Shown here: positions 1 through 11,495 of the stretch, one piece after another | Layout of the letters: every line of letters starts with the position of its first letter | Position numbering within the stretch: the first letter of the stretch is position 1 | DNA from: Chromera velia | Lineage: Eukaryota | Direction of reading: 5' to 3' | Length of the DNA stretch: 49,285 nt | NCBI GenBank assembly: GCA_018398765.1 | Contig: JAHBMJ010000401.1 | Span: forward strand, 1-49,285 | Made by a program: the position numbers and the translations under genes | The notes under the pieces: generated by a model | Told to the model about the DNA's origin: nothing | The model's input: only the letters and a program-made list of their open reading frames with translations | Database searches by the model: none

Positions 1-636
<636 letters not shown>

Positions 637-805
637 TGACAGACAAGAGCGAGGCGGAGTGTCGTTCTCTCTTTCCCTTTCCGAATTCTTCATGTTGTCG
701 GATTCTTTTTTTTTCTGGCTTGCTGTCTTTTTTTCTTTGCCCCCCCTGTCCCCCTCTCTCTGCCTGCCTCTGTGTTCTCTGTTTCCTTTTTCCTTCGGCA
801 CGCAG

Positions 806-888
806 TGCAAGGGTGCCAGAGACAGCCAGGAGCCGTGAGGGAGATATGCCTGCGGTTCCATCATCGCCTAGCGCAGGAGTGCCTTTGA
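806..888 (+). CDS. Possible terminal exon of an upstream + strand gene (..QGCQRQPGAVREICLRFHHRLAQECL*)
   Basis: A long polypyrimidine tract ending in CACGCAG at 805 is followed by complex sequence that stays open to a TGA in one phase. No homology recognised. Confidence 0.3.
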
Positions 889-1003
889 AACCGGACCTGC
901 ACCTAGTTTCTTTTGGTTCCTTTTCTTTTCGTTCCTCGTCCTTTGGAGGATTCTTTTGTTTTCATGTCTCTTTTCAAGTTTTCGTTTTTTTCAGGACACT
1001 CCG

Positions 1004-2437
1004 TCACGCACATTTTCTTCTGTTTTCTGATTCATTTTCTTCCCAGACGAACAAGAAGTTTATCTCGTTTCCCTCCTTCTCTTCATGGAGACCCAGACAG
1101 ACAGACAGACAGACAGACAGAGGCAGGCCCGCCATAAGCGCACACAGACACACAACGCACGCATACGCACACACAGAGAGGAGGGGGGGGGGTAGAGAGA
1201 GCTCCGTCACCTCCACCCAAATTTGTCACCCTGCAACCACCAAACCAACCCACCCACCGAGGCTCTCCTGCATCTTCGGGAGGATCAACATCAAGCCGAC
1301 AGTCGCCAGCATGATCCAGACCATGTAGTTCTTTCCCAGCGCCATGATGTTGAACTCCTCTCGGGCCTGAGGAGAAAGAACAGTACGTACAGCAGAGAGA
1401 GTGTGTGTGTGAGAGAGAGAACGGAACAGAAGAGAGGGGGGGTTGATGGGAAAGCGGGTAGCTGGATGCGTTCATGGAGGGGAAACGACAAAAAGGGTGT
1501 CGGGGCAGGGTGTATGTAAAAGAAGAGTCAGTCTCTTTCTTGCCCCTCCCCTCAGCCCAGTCCAGAAAGAAATGTCAGGCCTCTTCTCTCGTTCTGCGTT
1601 TCCCTCTCCGTCTCCCTCACATACCTAGATGCACGGCACGGGGACGAGAGGTGACTGTCGAAATGAAAGAATGAAATGAAACAGGAGCCAACACAAAACA
1701 AAAAAAACGGAGAAATTCGAAGAAAAAGGAGATGCAAAGACGAGGTCAACACAATCATTCAGTACAGCCGAGACGAGCCAGCAAGAGGGAGAGAGAGAGA
1801 AAATGAGAAGGAAAACACCAAACAAGAGAAACAGAAGAAAGGAAAGGCCGAGAAAAGCCGCCCCTTCCTACACAACCCTCCCGCCCGCCCCACCTCAAAG
1901 AAGGAGTTCTTCCCCCGAGGCACCAAAGTCAGAGGAAGCCGGAGTTGCGCCCCTTGTCCTGCACATGATGGGAGGGAGGGAGCAGGGGGGGGAAGCCGCA
2001 CGTACATACATAGGGAGCGAGGGTCAACACGCAGGTATGCGATGATGAAAAACAGAAAAGGAAGATAGACAAGCAGACAGACAGGAAGGCCCATCGAGGA
2101 GACAGCAGCAGAGACGAGAACAGAAAGGAAGGCGGGACAAGGGCTCCAAAACTATAGAGAGGCGAAAAAGGAAGTGGAGGGGCACCAAAGAGAAACAAAA
2201 CCACGAACAGACGCTCTGCGGGGTAGAGGGAGGGGCGAGGTGGTCCTTCAAACAGAGAGGAAGAGAGAGAGAGAGAGAGAGAGCAACCAAGTCGTCCCAT
2301 CTGATTCTCCCACCCCCAACCCCACTTCACTTCACTCACCATGTTCATAAGAGAACGAGAAGGCTTTCACTCCGTTTTGGCCTTGACTCTCAGGGAGGAC
2401 CTCCAAGAGGACCTGCATGCAGGTGCAGGTCAAGTAA

Positions 2438-2516
<79 letters not shown>

Positions 2517-3574
2517 TGAGTGCGTGTGCGAGGGAGGGCGGAACAAGATGAAGCCCTTGTGAGTGTGTGCGCACAGCGACGATTCAAACTGCCCTTCCCT
2601 CTCCCCACTGATGTGACACATACACTTTCTTTGCATTGATACAGAAACACCCTTGATACTTCAGGGAAAAAAAGGAAAGCGAAATGGACTCAGAAACGAG
2701 ACAGGGACTGCCTTCCACAAAAGAAAAACAACTGAGGGACGAAAAGGAAGGAGCTAGGTGACAACAGACAGGTCGTCACCCAGAGGGAGAGAGAACGGGC
2801 AGAAGACACATCAGTACAATCCACAGTCCATCTTTTTTTCAGCCAGGAAGGAAACAGAGAAGAACAGTTTGAAGCGTGTCGCAATGCAGCCGAAACTAGA
2901 AGAGAGGGGAAACTGGAAGAGAGGAAAGGAAGAAGGGAAAGACAAAACAGAGAGAGAAAAAGAAAAAGAGAGAAAGAGAGGGATCTGCCCACCGGCTCGA
3001 AGACCAGAGAAGGATGGAGGACTTCCAAAAGATGCGAAGAAGGACCGAGACCGCTCCTGCACAGTTTGATCCTCCCCCCTATTTTTAGTCACACATCGAG
3101 AGAGGGTGCTGAAGACCGAAAAATGAAAGTGGAAACAGGGAGCATTGCGCGGTCAACAAAATGGAGGCGGTGCCTTCTTATTCCTTCGCTTACTGGCCTA
3201 GGCACTCGGACAGACATATACATGGCGCCTCCAGACACACCGCAGAGAGAGAGAGACGGAGAAGGGTGTAGAGAGGAGAAAAGTAGAAAGAGGTAGATAG
3301 TTAGATAGATAAAGAGAAGAAGCTTCATCCAAGAGGAACTCACACAGAGAAGCCGCCGTCTCGCGAAACAAACGTTTCCTTCCTCGGAGCTCCACTCACA
3401 CCCGCGCCCCCCCCCTGTCGCACTACCACTTTGAAGGGATTCATGTCAACCTCATCTGCATGGACAGACAGACAGACTATATGTTTCTTCTTCTTCTCAC
3501 TCCTTTTCTTCATGAACACAAAAGACAAAAAGAAAGAAAGAACAAAGACAGACTATATCGTCTTTCCTCCACAA

Positions 3575-3653
<79 letters not shown>

Positions 3654-4135
3654 TAGACAGACAGACAGACAGACAGACTATATGTTTCTTCTTCTCCCTT
3701 CTTTTCTTCATGAACACAACAGACAAAAAGAAAGAAAGAACAAAGACAAAAGAACAGCACCAACAATCAAACAGCGTGGGCAGGGGGCCCGAAAGGTGAG
3801 AGTTAAGCGCCCCTTGCCTCTCCACCTCCCGACAGACTTTCACGTGATCACTGGTTTCACACGCTACTCCTCTGCTGCTTCCACTCAAGACAAGAAAGAG
3901 AAGAAAAGAAAACAAGGCAAGAAAAACCAACAAAAATTAAAAATGACAACAAAACGAAAAAAGAAAACTGCACGTGGGGACCGGCACCGTCATGTTCTTT
4001 AGACAGAGGTGGGGGGGTGGAGGGGCGTCCCTGCGGAGGGGGATTTCTTCTGATGTTGTGTCTTCGTATCTTGTGGGAGGACTCTTTCGGCGGTAACGAA
4101 ACTCTCCAAAGTCCCATACCAAAAGAGCGACGGTG

Positions 4136-4166
<31 letters not shown>

Positions 4167-4178
4167 TATATATATGTT

Positions 4179-4214
<36 letters not shown>

Positions 4215-5379
4215 CAGACAGACAGAAAGCGTGCAGGCACGTCGACAAGGGTCAGGGAGGCAACGGAAAGAGATTGAGCTCGAGTCATTTTGTCTCAACG
4301 TGAACAGCTTGTTGCATGAACTTGTTTCCTCATGGGCCTTCAATACTGCTTGGCCTGGCTGCCGCTCTCTTTCCTGAGCCATACAGGCTCCCCGAGACTG
4401 GACGACCACGGTAAAATGCGAAAAACCAATCGTCATCACCCTCATCAACGGCTTCCGGGAGAGGCAGGTAAGGAGCCAGGGACCGAAAGAATTTGAGGGA
4501 AAGAAGAGAGGGAGTATGGGTGGGGAGAGGAAGAGAAAAGGTTAGAAAGAATCACCAGACAAAAGCTGGAAGAACAAAAATTTCTTCTTTTTTTCCTCGC
4601 TTGCTCTCTCTCGATTTATTTGCCTCGTATACCTGTGAATTTGCTCGGCCGTGTAAGGTGCAAGTCAGAAGACGGACGTCTCTCTTTCTTTTACGGAAAT
4701 CGGAAACAGGTCGACCGTGCAAAAGTTCCACTACAAGATCCTTTTTCAGGTCAGCTCAATCCATCTTTCCGTCACACACCTACCGAATCAATCGATATTC
4801 CCTCCATTGCCTCTCCACTCCTCTTCCGACCCCTTGTGCACGTATTCATATGACTGCCACAGTCTCCCGCATTTTCTCCCGAGCTAGAAGAAACAAGAGA
4901 AGACTGACTCGGAATGTTCACCAATCTCCCCATCACGCTCGCCGTGCCCGCAGGAGAGGATCTCACCCTGAGAGCAGAGGTTCAGATCGTCCCAGTACAC
5001 AAGAATCAAAGATACATTCCTACATGTGCACCCTGAGTTGAATCGCGGAGGTCAGCAGAAGACAACAGAAGAAAAGAAGAAAGTGCGTGAGAATACAGAC
5101 ACGCAATGTAATCAAGAGAGAGAATACAGACACGCAATGTAATCAGGAGAGGGACATGAGCTACCAGAGCGAGGAAGAATGGACAAGCAAAGGCCCCGGT
5201 AAAGAGAACTGTCTGACTATTGAGGAGACGGCAAACCCCCACAAAAAGAGAGCTGATGGTTTCCTCGTCCCTACCGACCTCTGGAGAAGGAGGAACCCAC
5301 TCAAAAGCAGTAGGAGAACAGAAGGCACGCGGAAAAGCCCGAAGGAACATAATCTGAAGACATTTCTTTCCGTTGGCAT
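1004..5379 (-). CDS. EMC7: ER membrane protein complex subunit 7 (DUF2012 family). Exons 5379-5279, 4967-4909, 3455-3344, 3056-2993, 2412-2340, 1958-1894, 1366-1258; last exon uncertain (candidate 1080-1004)
   Basis: Phase-consistent GT-AG exons give an N-terminal hydrophobic leader (VPSVLLLLLSGFLLL). Then TFVSRDGGFSVSGLGPSSHLLEVLHPSLVFEPVLLEV, LPLTLVPRGKNSFFEAREEFNIMALGKNYMVWIMLATVGLMLILPKMQESL, matching the EMC7 beta-sandwich, FE.REEF motif and TM/PKM pattern. Confidence 0.88.
2440..2514. repeat. (TG)n microsatellite in an EMC7 intron
   Basis: Visible array. Confidence 0.9.
3464..3748 (+). repeat. ~85 bp direct duplication flanking an (ACAG)n tract in an EMC7 intron
   Basis: ACAGACTATATGTTTCTTCTTCT...TTTTCTTCATGAACACAA.AGACAAAAAGAAAGAAAGAACAAAGACA occurs at ~3470-3550 and ~3673-3748. 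Confidence 0.9.
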
Positions 5380-6865
5380 CTTCAACTGCTGGCTGAGTGT
5401 TCGGAGAAAGACTACAGAGACGGGACGTTCTCTCTGTTCTTTGTCAGGCAGGAGTAGACAGGGCACAGCGAAAGCCGAAAAAGCGAAACGGCTGCGAAAA
5501 AAAGAAGATGATTCGGACTCTTCTGCTGAAAGAAGAGCTTCGGATGAAATATCCAGCCAAACAGAGTAGATTGCCGGTATCAATAGAATTATGCAGAAGC
5601 AGCTCTCAGGTGATCACATCTGGTGACGGTGTCCGAGTATGAGTCTTTATAGGAGCTGCATACCGACCCGATAGAGGACCGGAGAGATCGACAATGATCG
5701 ACTGGATCATCGACATGAGCTAGATCGCAACTCAAGATCGAGTACTCAAGAGAGTGAATGAGAGTGATAGAGTCTGAGTGTGGCACCTCTAACACGGCGC
5801 GCGCGCGCTTTGCGCGCTCATTACCCGCACGCATGTGTCTAAAAAATTCAACCCAATTCAATATTCAATATTCAATATCCTGTTTGCTGCTTCCTTTGGA
5901 CCAGTTGAATACCACACAGCCAGGAAGCCGCGATTCAAATCAGAACGGCACCTTTTTGAGTGAAAAGGACAACCAGTGAAGGGAGATATCAGTCATCAAA
6001 GTTTTGGCAAGTGTTGTTCATAGTAGAGGGACCTATTGCCATACCATAGTCAAAATGGGCCTTCACAGCACGTCACAGAGGCCCCATGACACCACAAACC
6101 CCCGCTGAGTACCCACAGCTCTGAAGTTTTGCCAGTAGAGGTCACAACACAGACAACAGTAGTGGGACCCCAGGGCACAACCAAGACATGCGATTTCAAG
6201 AGGCGGAGGGAGGAAGAGAGAGGGGAGAGGCTCTCAGAGGCCCGGAGCCAGACAAGATTGGCTCAGGACATCTCAAGCGATCAAGACAAATCCTACCCGT
6301 GCCTGCGTACAGCCCTCAACGCTCCTCCACAGCCCTCCAGCTCAAAGAACCCGCCGAACTGCCGATACATGCAGCCCCTCCCAGACCCTGCTGGTCCAGG
6401 ACATACCACCTCAAAGAGCCAGTTTGCCCATGCACGTGCATCGAGGCCTACAGCCTCCACATCGGTCTCGAGGTTTGCAACGCGCAACGGCGGCGTCACT
6501 CCATATCACTCTCTCTCTCAAATTTCCGGCACTGCAGCACTCATGCAGCCTTCGGCCCACTACCGCACCCACCACGATCACCCAGCACACCCCCCCACTC
6601 CAGGCCTGCGAACCTCTTTCCAATAAATACGTCAACACTCCTTCCGCCCCTTTGAAGGTCCATATCAAGCCGCACATGAGGCCGGCTCGCAAGACCCGCA
6701 ACGCCACGCAGCCCCCTCTATACTCCCGGCCAAAGAACTGCACCCAAGCTCCACATATTCCAACCTTTACCGGAGGCCTCCCCTACCATCCTTTGCCCCT
6801 GTGTACAACCACTGATCCGGCCTGCTTACAAACCCCATTCTTTGGCGAACCCAGCTTCGCACTTA

Positions 6866-8600
6866 GTGAGTGAATGAATGCATAGATCTATATATAAATG
6901 AATGCATGAATGAATGAATGAATGAATGAATAAATGCATGAAGAAATAAATGAACGAATGAATGAATGAATGAATGAATGAATGAATAAATGGATGGATG
7001 AATGGATGAATGGATGGATGGAAGGCTGAATGAATAAATGAATGAATGAATGAATGAATGAATGAAGGGGTGGATGGATGGATGGATGGATGGATGGATG
7101 GATGGATGGATAGATGAATGAATGAGTGAGTGAGTGAATGAATGAATGAATGAATGAAAGAATGAATGAGTGATTGGACGAATGAACGGATGAACGAATG
7201 AATGAATGAGTGAGTGAATGAATGAATGAATGAATGAACGAATGAGTGAATGTATGCATGAATAAATGAATGGATGCAATTCAAGGGATGGATGGATGGA
7301 TGGATAGATGGATAGATGGATGGACGGATGGAGGAACGAATGGACGAATTGATGCTAGCCCCTCCGATGTCGGGAAAAGAGAGGAGAGGAGAGGCTAGGA
7401 GAGGCGACAAGGGGTTCTCCCATCCCAGCCCTTCGATGTCGGGAGAGGAGAAGAGAGGAGAGCAGAGACGACAAGGGGTTGTTCTATTCCAGCCCACCCA
7501 GACAGGAGAGGAGAAGTGAAGCGAGATCGTCCTATTTCAGCCCCTTGAATGAACGAACGAATGAATGGATGAATGAATGAATGAATGAACGAATGAATGA
7601 ATTGAATGAATGAATGAATGAATGAATGAATGAATTAATAAATGAATAAATGAATGAATGAGCGAATGAATGAATAGATGGATGGACAGATGGATGGATG
7701 GATGCATGGATGGATAAATGGATGAATGGATAGATGGATGGATAGATGGATGGATGGACGAATGGATAAATGAATGGATGAATGGATAGATGAATGGACA
7801 AATGGATGAATGGATGGATGAATGGATGGATGAAAGGATGAATAGATGAATGGATGGGTGAATGGATGGATGGATGGATGAATGGATGAATGGATGGATG
7901 AATAGACGAATGGATGAATCGATGGATGAATGGATGGATGAATGGACGAATGGATGGATGAATGGACAAATAGATGAATGGATGGATAAAAGGATGGATG
8001 AATGGACAAATGGATGCATGAATGGACGAATGGATGAATAGATGGATGAATGGATGGAGGAAAGGATGAATGGACGATTGGATGGACGGATGCCAGCCCC
8101 TTCAATCAATGTCGGGAGGGGAAACTTCAAGCGGAGGCGAGACGAGGTTGTTCCATCCCAACCTCTTTAATTTTGGAAAAGAAGGGGAGAGGCGGGCAGG
8201 GATCGTCCCATCCCAGCCCCTTAGATGGCGGGGGAGGAAAAGAGAGGGAAGGAGAGGAGGAGAGATGGGAGGAGAGGAGAGTAGCTAGGGAGAGTAGAGG
8301 ATCCCGAGAGGAGAGGAGAGGTGAGAAGGGGTTGCCCCATCCCAGCCCCTTCGATGGCGGAAGTGGAGAGGAGAGGCGAGGAGGCGTCGTTCCATTCTAG
8401 CCCGTCCCAGCCCTTCGTTGTTAGGAGAGGAAAGAAGAAGCGGGGAGAAATCCTCCTATTCCAGCCCCTATAGAATGAATGACTGAATCGATGAATGAAT
8501 GAATGAATGAATGAATGGATAAATAAATGAACGAATAAGTGACTGAGTGAGTGAGTGAGTGAGTGACTGAGTGAATGAATGAATGAATGAATGAATGAAG
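6866..8600. repeat. Composite satellite: (GAAT)n/(GGAT)n/(GAGT)n blocks alternating with clusters of CCATCCCAGCCC(C)TTCGATG(T/G)CGGGA + GA-rich modules
   Basis: Tetranucleotide blocks at 6866-7350, 7547-8090 and 8473-8600. Module copies near 7355, 7419, 7483, 7531, 8092, 8152, 8207, 8337, 8391 and 8455. Confidence 0.92.
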
Positions 8601-8709
8601 GGACACATTCATGAAATCTTGTATTGGTTTTTCATGGTTTCTGCATGCTTCGCCTGGTTTCCTATTGCACACGACCGCTTAGTCTGATTACCTGTTTGGC
8701 TTTGTAACC

Positions 8710-8900
8710 TGTGTGTGTATGTATGTATGTGTGTGTGTATGTGTATGTCTGTGTCTGTGACTGTGTCTGTGTCTGGGTCTGTGTCTGTGTGTGTGTGCGA
8801 GTGTGTGAAAGAGAAAGAGAGAGATGGTGTATGTGTGTATGCGTGTGTGTCATGTGTATGCATGTGCATGTGTGTGCGTGTATATGTACGTGTGTGTGTT

Positions 8901-8936
<36 letters not shown>

Positions 8937-9271
8937 TATGTGTGTGTGTACGTGTCTGTGTATTGTGTGTCTGGGTATCTGTGTATGTACGTATGTATGA
9001 CACACTGTGTGTGTATGTATGTGTATGTATGTGTATGCATGTGAGTATGTGTGTGTGTGTGTGTGNNNNNNNNNNNNNNNNNNNNNNNNNNNNNNNNNNN
9101 NNNNNNNNNNNNNNNNNNNNNNNNNNNNNNNNNNNNNNNNNNNNNNNNNNNNNNNNNNNNNNNNNNNNNNNNNNNNNNNNNNNNNNNNNNNNNNNNNNNN
9201 NNNNNNNNNNNNNNNNNNNNNNNNNNNNNNNNNNNNNNNNNNNNNNNNNNNNNNNNNNNNNNTGTGTGTGT

Positions 9272-9314
<43 letters not shown>

Positions 9315-9368
9315 TGTGTATACATGTGTACGTATGTACGTATGTACGTGTGTATGTGTGTACGTATG

Positions 9369-9437
<69 letters not shown>

Positions 9438-9480
9438 GTGTGTGTAAGTGTTCGTGTGTATGCATGTATTAGTATGTGTG
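8710..9480. repeat. Degenerate (TG)n/(TATG)n array spanning an assembly gap
   Basis: Visible array on both sides of the N run. Confidence 0.92.
9066..9262. other. Assembly gap
   Basis: Run of N. Confidence 1.
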
Positions 9481-10941
9481 GGTGTACTAAGTGTTGGGTG
9501 GGTGTGTATGTGGACATACCCACTGCCTCACACTGCCCGTAGCCCCCCTTAGTCTGCCTTCAGTCAAACCTGGCTGCGTGATACTGAGTGACTTGTTACC
9601 TCTGCGTGGTGTGACCCGTTCTGGGTTACGCGCTGGCTCTGACCATCAACAGACACCGCACCATGTATGTATATATCTATTGACACATGAACATCACCGC
9701 GCGTGCACCTCACCACACCCGCGTGGCAAGGGGAGGGTGGGAAAAGAGCTTCCGGAGGAGGCTTTTTAGCCGTCGGCTCTTGGGGGTGGGGGTTGATCGA
9801 AGCTGGTCAACCGCTTTCAGTTGGTCTCCTCTATGCAGGGCGGCACCTGACAATCGAGATGCAGATTATCAATGCCACTGGAACGTTTTGATGGCGTTTA
9901 GGCCTGTTTTTCCCATAGATGCAAGTCTGCATGTTTGTGTGGGTTTTTTGTCCAAGAACTTACTAGATAACGCCACAAAGCAGACCAACACTAACCATGC
10001 ATACTAGTGGGGGGGCTGGCCATGTTTGGCGTACCCGGCACACAAGCGCACCCCGACCAAACAAACAAACAAACTCAGCTGTGTGTCTAAAAAATTCACA
10101 CCATATGTCTAAAAAACTCGACCCAAACACACAAAAAATGATGCATGGCCCAGACGGCAATTTTTGCACGCTTTACTATATTTCTACACAAAATATGCCT
10201 TCTGGGCCCGTGATTTTGTCCACTAAAAATATTTTAGACACCACGATTGAGAGACTTTGTTTTTGTCACACTTTCTGAGGCCAGCAGGCTACAGGGAGCT
10301 TCCAGCTAAGGCTGAATGATGTATATTAAATACTCCCTGAGTTCCAATTTCCTAGCAGACTTTTTAATGTACATATATATGCAGAACTGACAGAGCAGTT
10401 TTAATTGAAACGGTCTGAGACTCCTTGCAGTGCTGCCAACCTCTCAGTGATTCTTATCTAACTGTATCGACGAACCTGAATTTTTAAACTACTGCAGCCC
10501 TGTCGCCCTTGAATTTTTCACTTCTACTGGCTCGGCTGCCATGAAGTCGAAAGTCGGCGACAACTCCAAGAAGAAAACTTCTCCATCGCTTGCAGACTCA
10601 AAAGGCTCGGGGGTAGCACTAGGATGAACATTATAAGTACCCCTAGTTTGGCAGGCTTTCTAACTAGTTAGGATGATAGTTTAGACTTATGCTATATAAA
10701 AGTTATAGATATAGAATATACTGGAGATCTGATTTCTATGCTGGCGGGCCATTCATGCTTTCTAGTTCATGAGAAATTCTTGTTTAAAAGTAGTGTCGCA
10801 ACGATCTGGTGGGGCTTTTCATGGTGGGCCGGGGTGGACTGTGATAAACCTTCACCTCCCACCAGTACGCCTGCCCTGCCACGTCCCGCCAGACACAGTC
10901 AATCCCCGCAAAAAAAAATGAACACTTAGCACCTGAGGCTC

Positions 10942-11400
10942 TCAGTGACCCACACCAAAGATAAGTGAAGCGCATCCCCCCGTATCTGTTGCTTCTTCAT
11001 GTTCCATGTCATTCCATTTCTTCAAACAGCATGCCAATTCGGAGGCAGAAACACTAAGAGTAGAACCAGATTGATAGACTTCATGCAGCCAATAAAAGAC
11101 CGCATCAAGACGGACAAAATCTGTGCGCATGATCACTGAATTCTGCTGATATCGAATGTTTAACTCCACTTTCTTCTCGTCTTCTGTCTGGAGCTCTTCA
11201 ATCTCGGGGATAGAACGATGAGTGAGAAAAGGGTCAAAAGTAGAGATAAACAACCACTAATTTTTGTTTTCTTGGGTGAACGCAATCCGGTCAAGACCGC
11301 AAGATTCTGGTTTCTTTCTATCTTTCACAATGTCTAAAACTTGGTGGACATACGGTCTGTACACCTCCTCTTTTTTTTTTTTTGTTTTACCCCCTCCCCC
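10942..11400 (-). pseudogene. Decayed ORF of unknown family
   Basis: Protein-like frame EEVYRPYVHQVLDIVKDRKKPESCGLDRIAFTQENKN*WLFISTFDPFLTHRSIPEIEELQ..., broken by an in-frame TAG near 11258. Confidence 0.45.
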
Positions 11401-11495
11401 CCCTCTGTCTCTTTTCTTCTTTTTCAACTGCCTCCAGCCACTGTCCGCAGATATAGCTGCCTATCTTCACTGAATAATCACCGGGCTCTACAATT

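Noticed and set aside
4332..4467. Nested antisense exon (MGLQYCLAW...RERQ|GTAAG) in an EMC7 intron
   Set aside because: No downstream exon chain or homology recognised; it could arise by chance.
5089..5150. 31-bp tandem duplication in the first EMC7 intron
   Set aside because: Real, but an ordinary slippage event with no sign of function.
6000..6870. Overlapping 150-165 aa ORFs as a retroelement fragment
   Set aside because: No RT, endonuclease or gag motif recognised; the openness is explained by C/A-rich composition.
6826..9523. HSFI/HPSI/THTH/CVCV ORFs
   Set aside because: Translations of tetra- and dinucleotide satellites, some running through an N gap.
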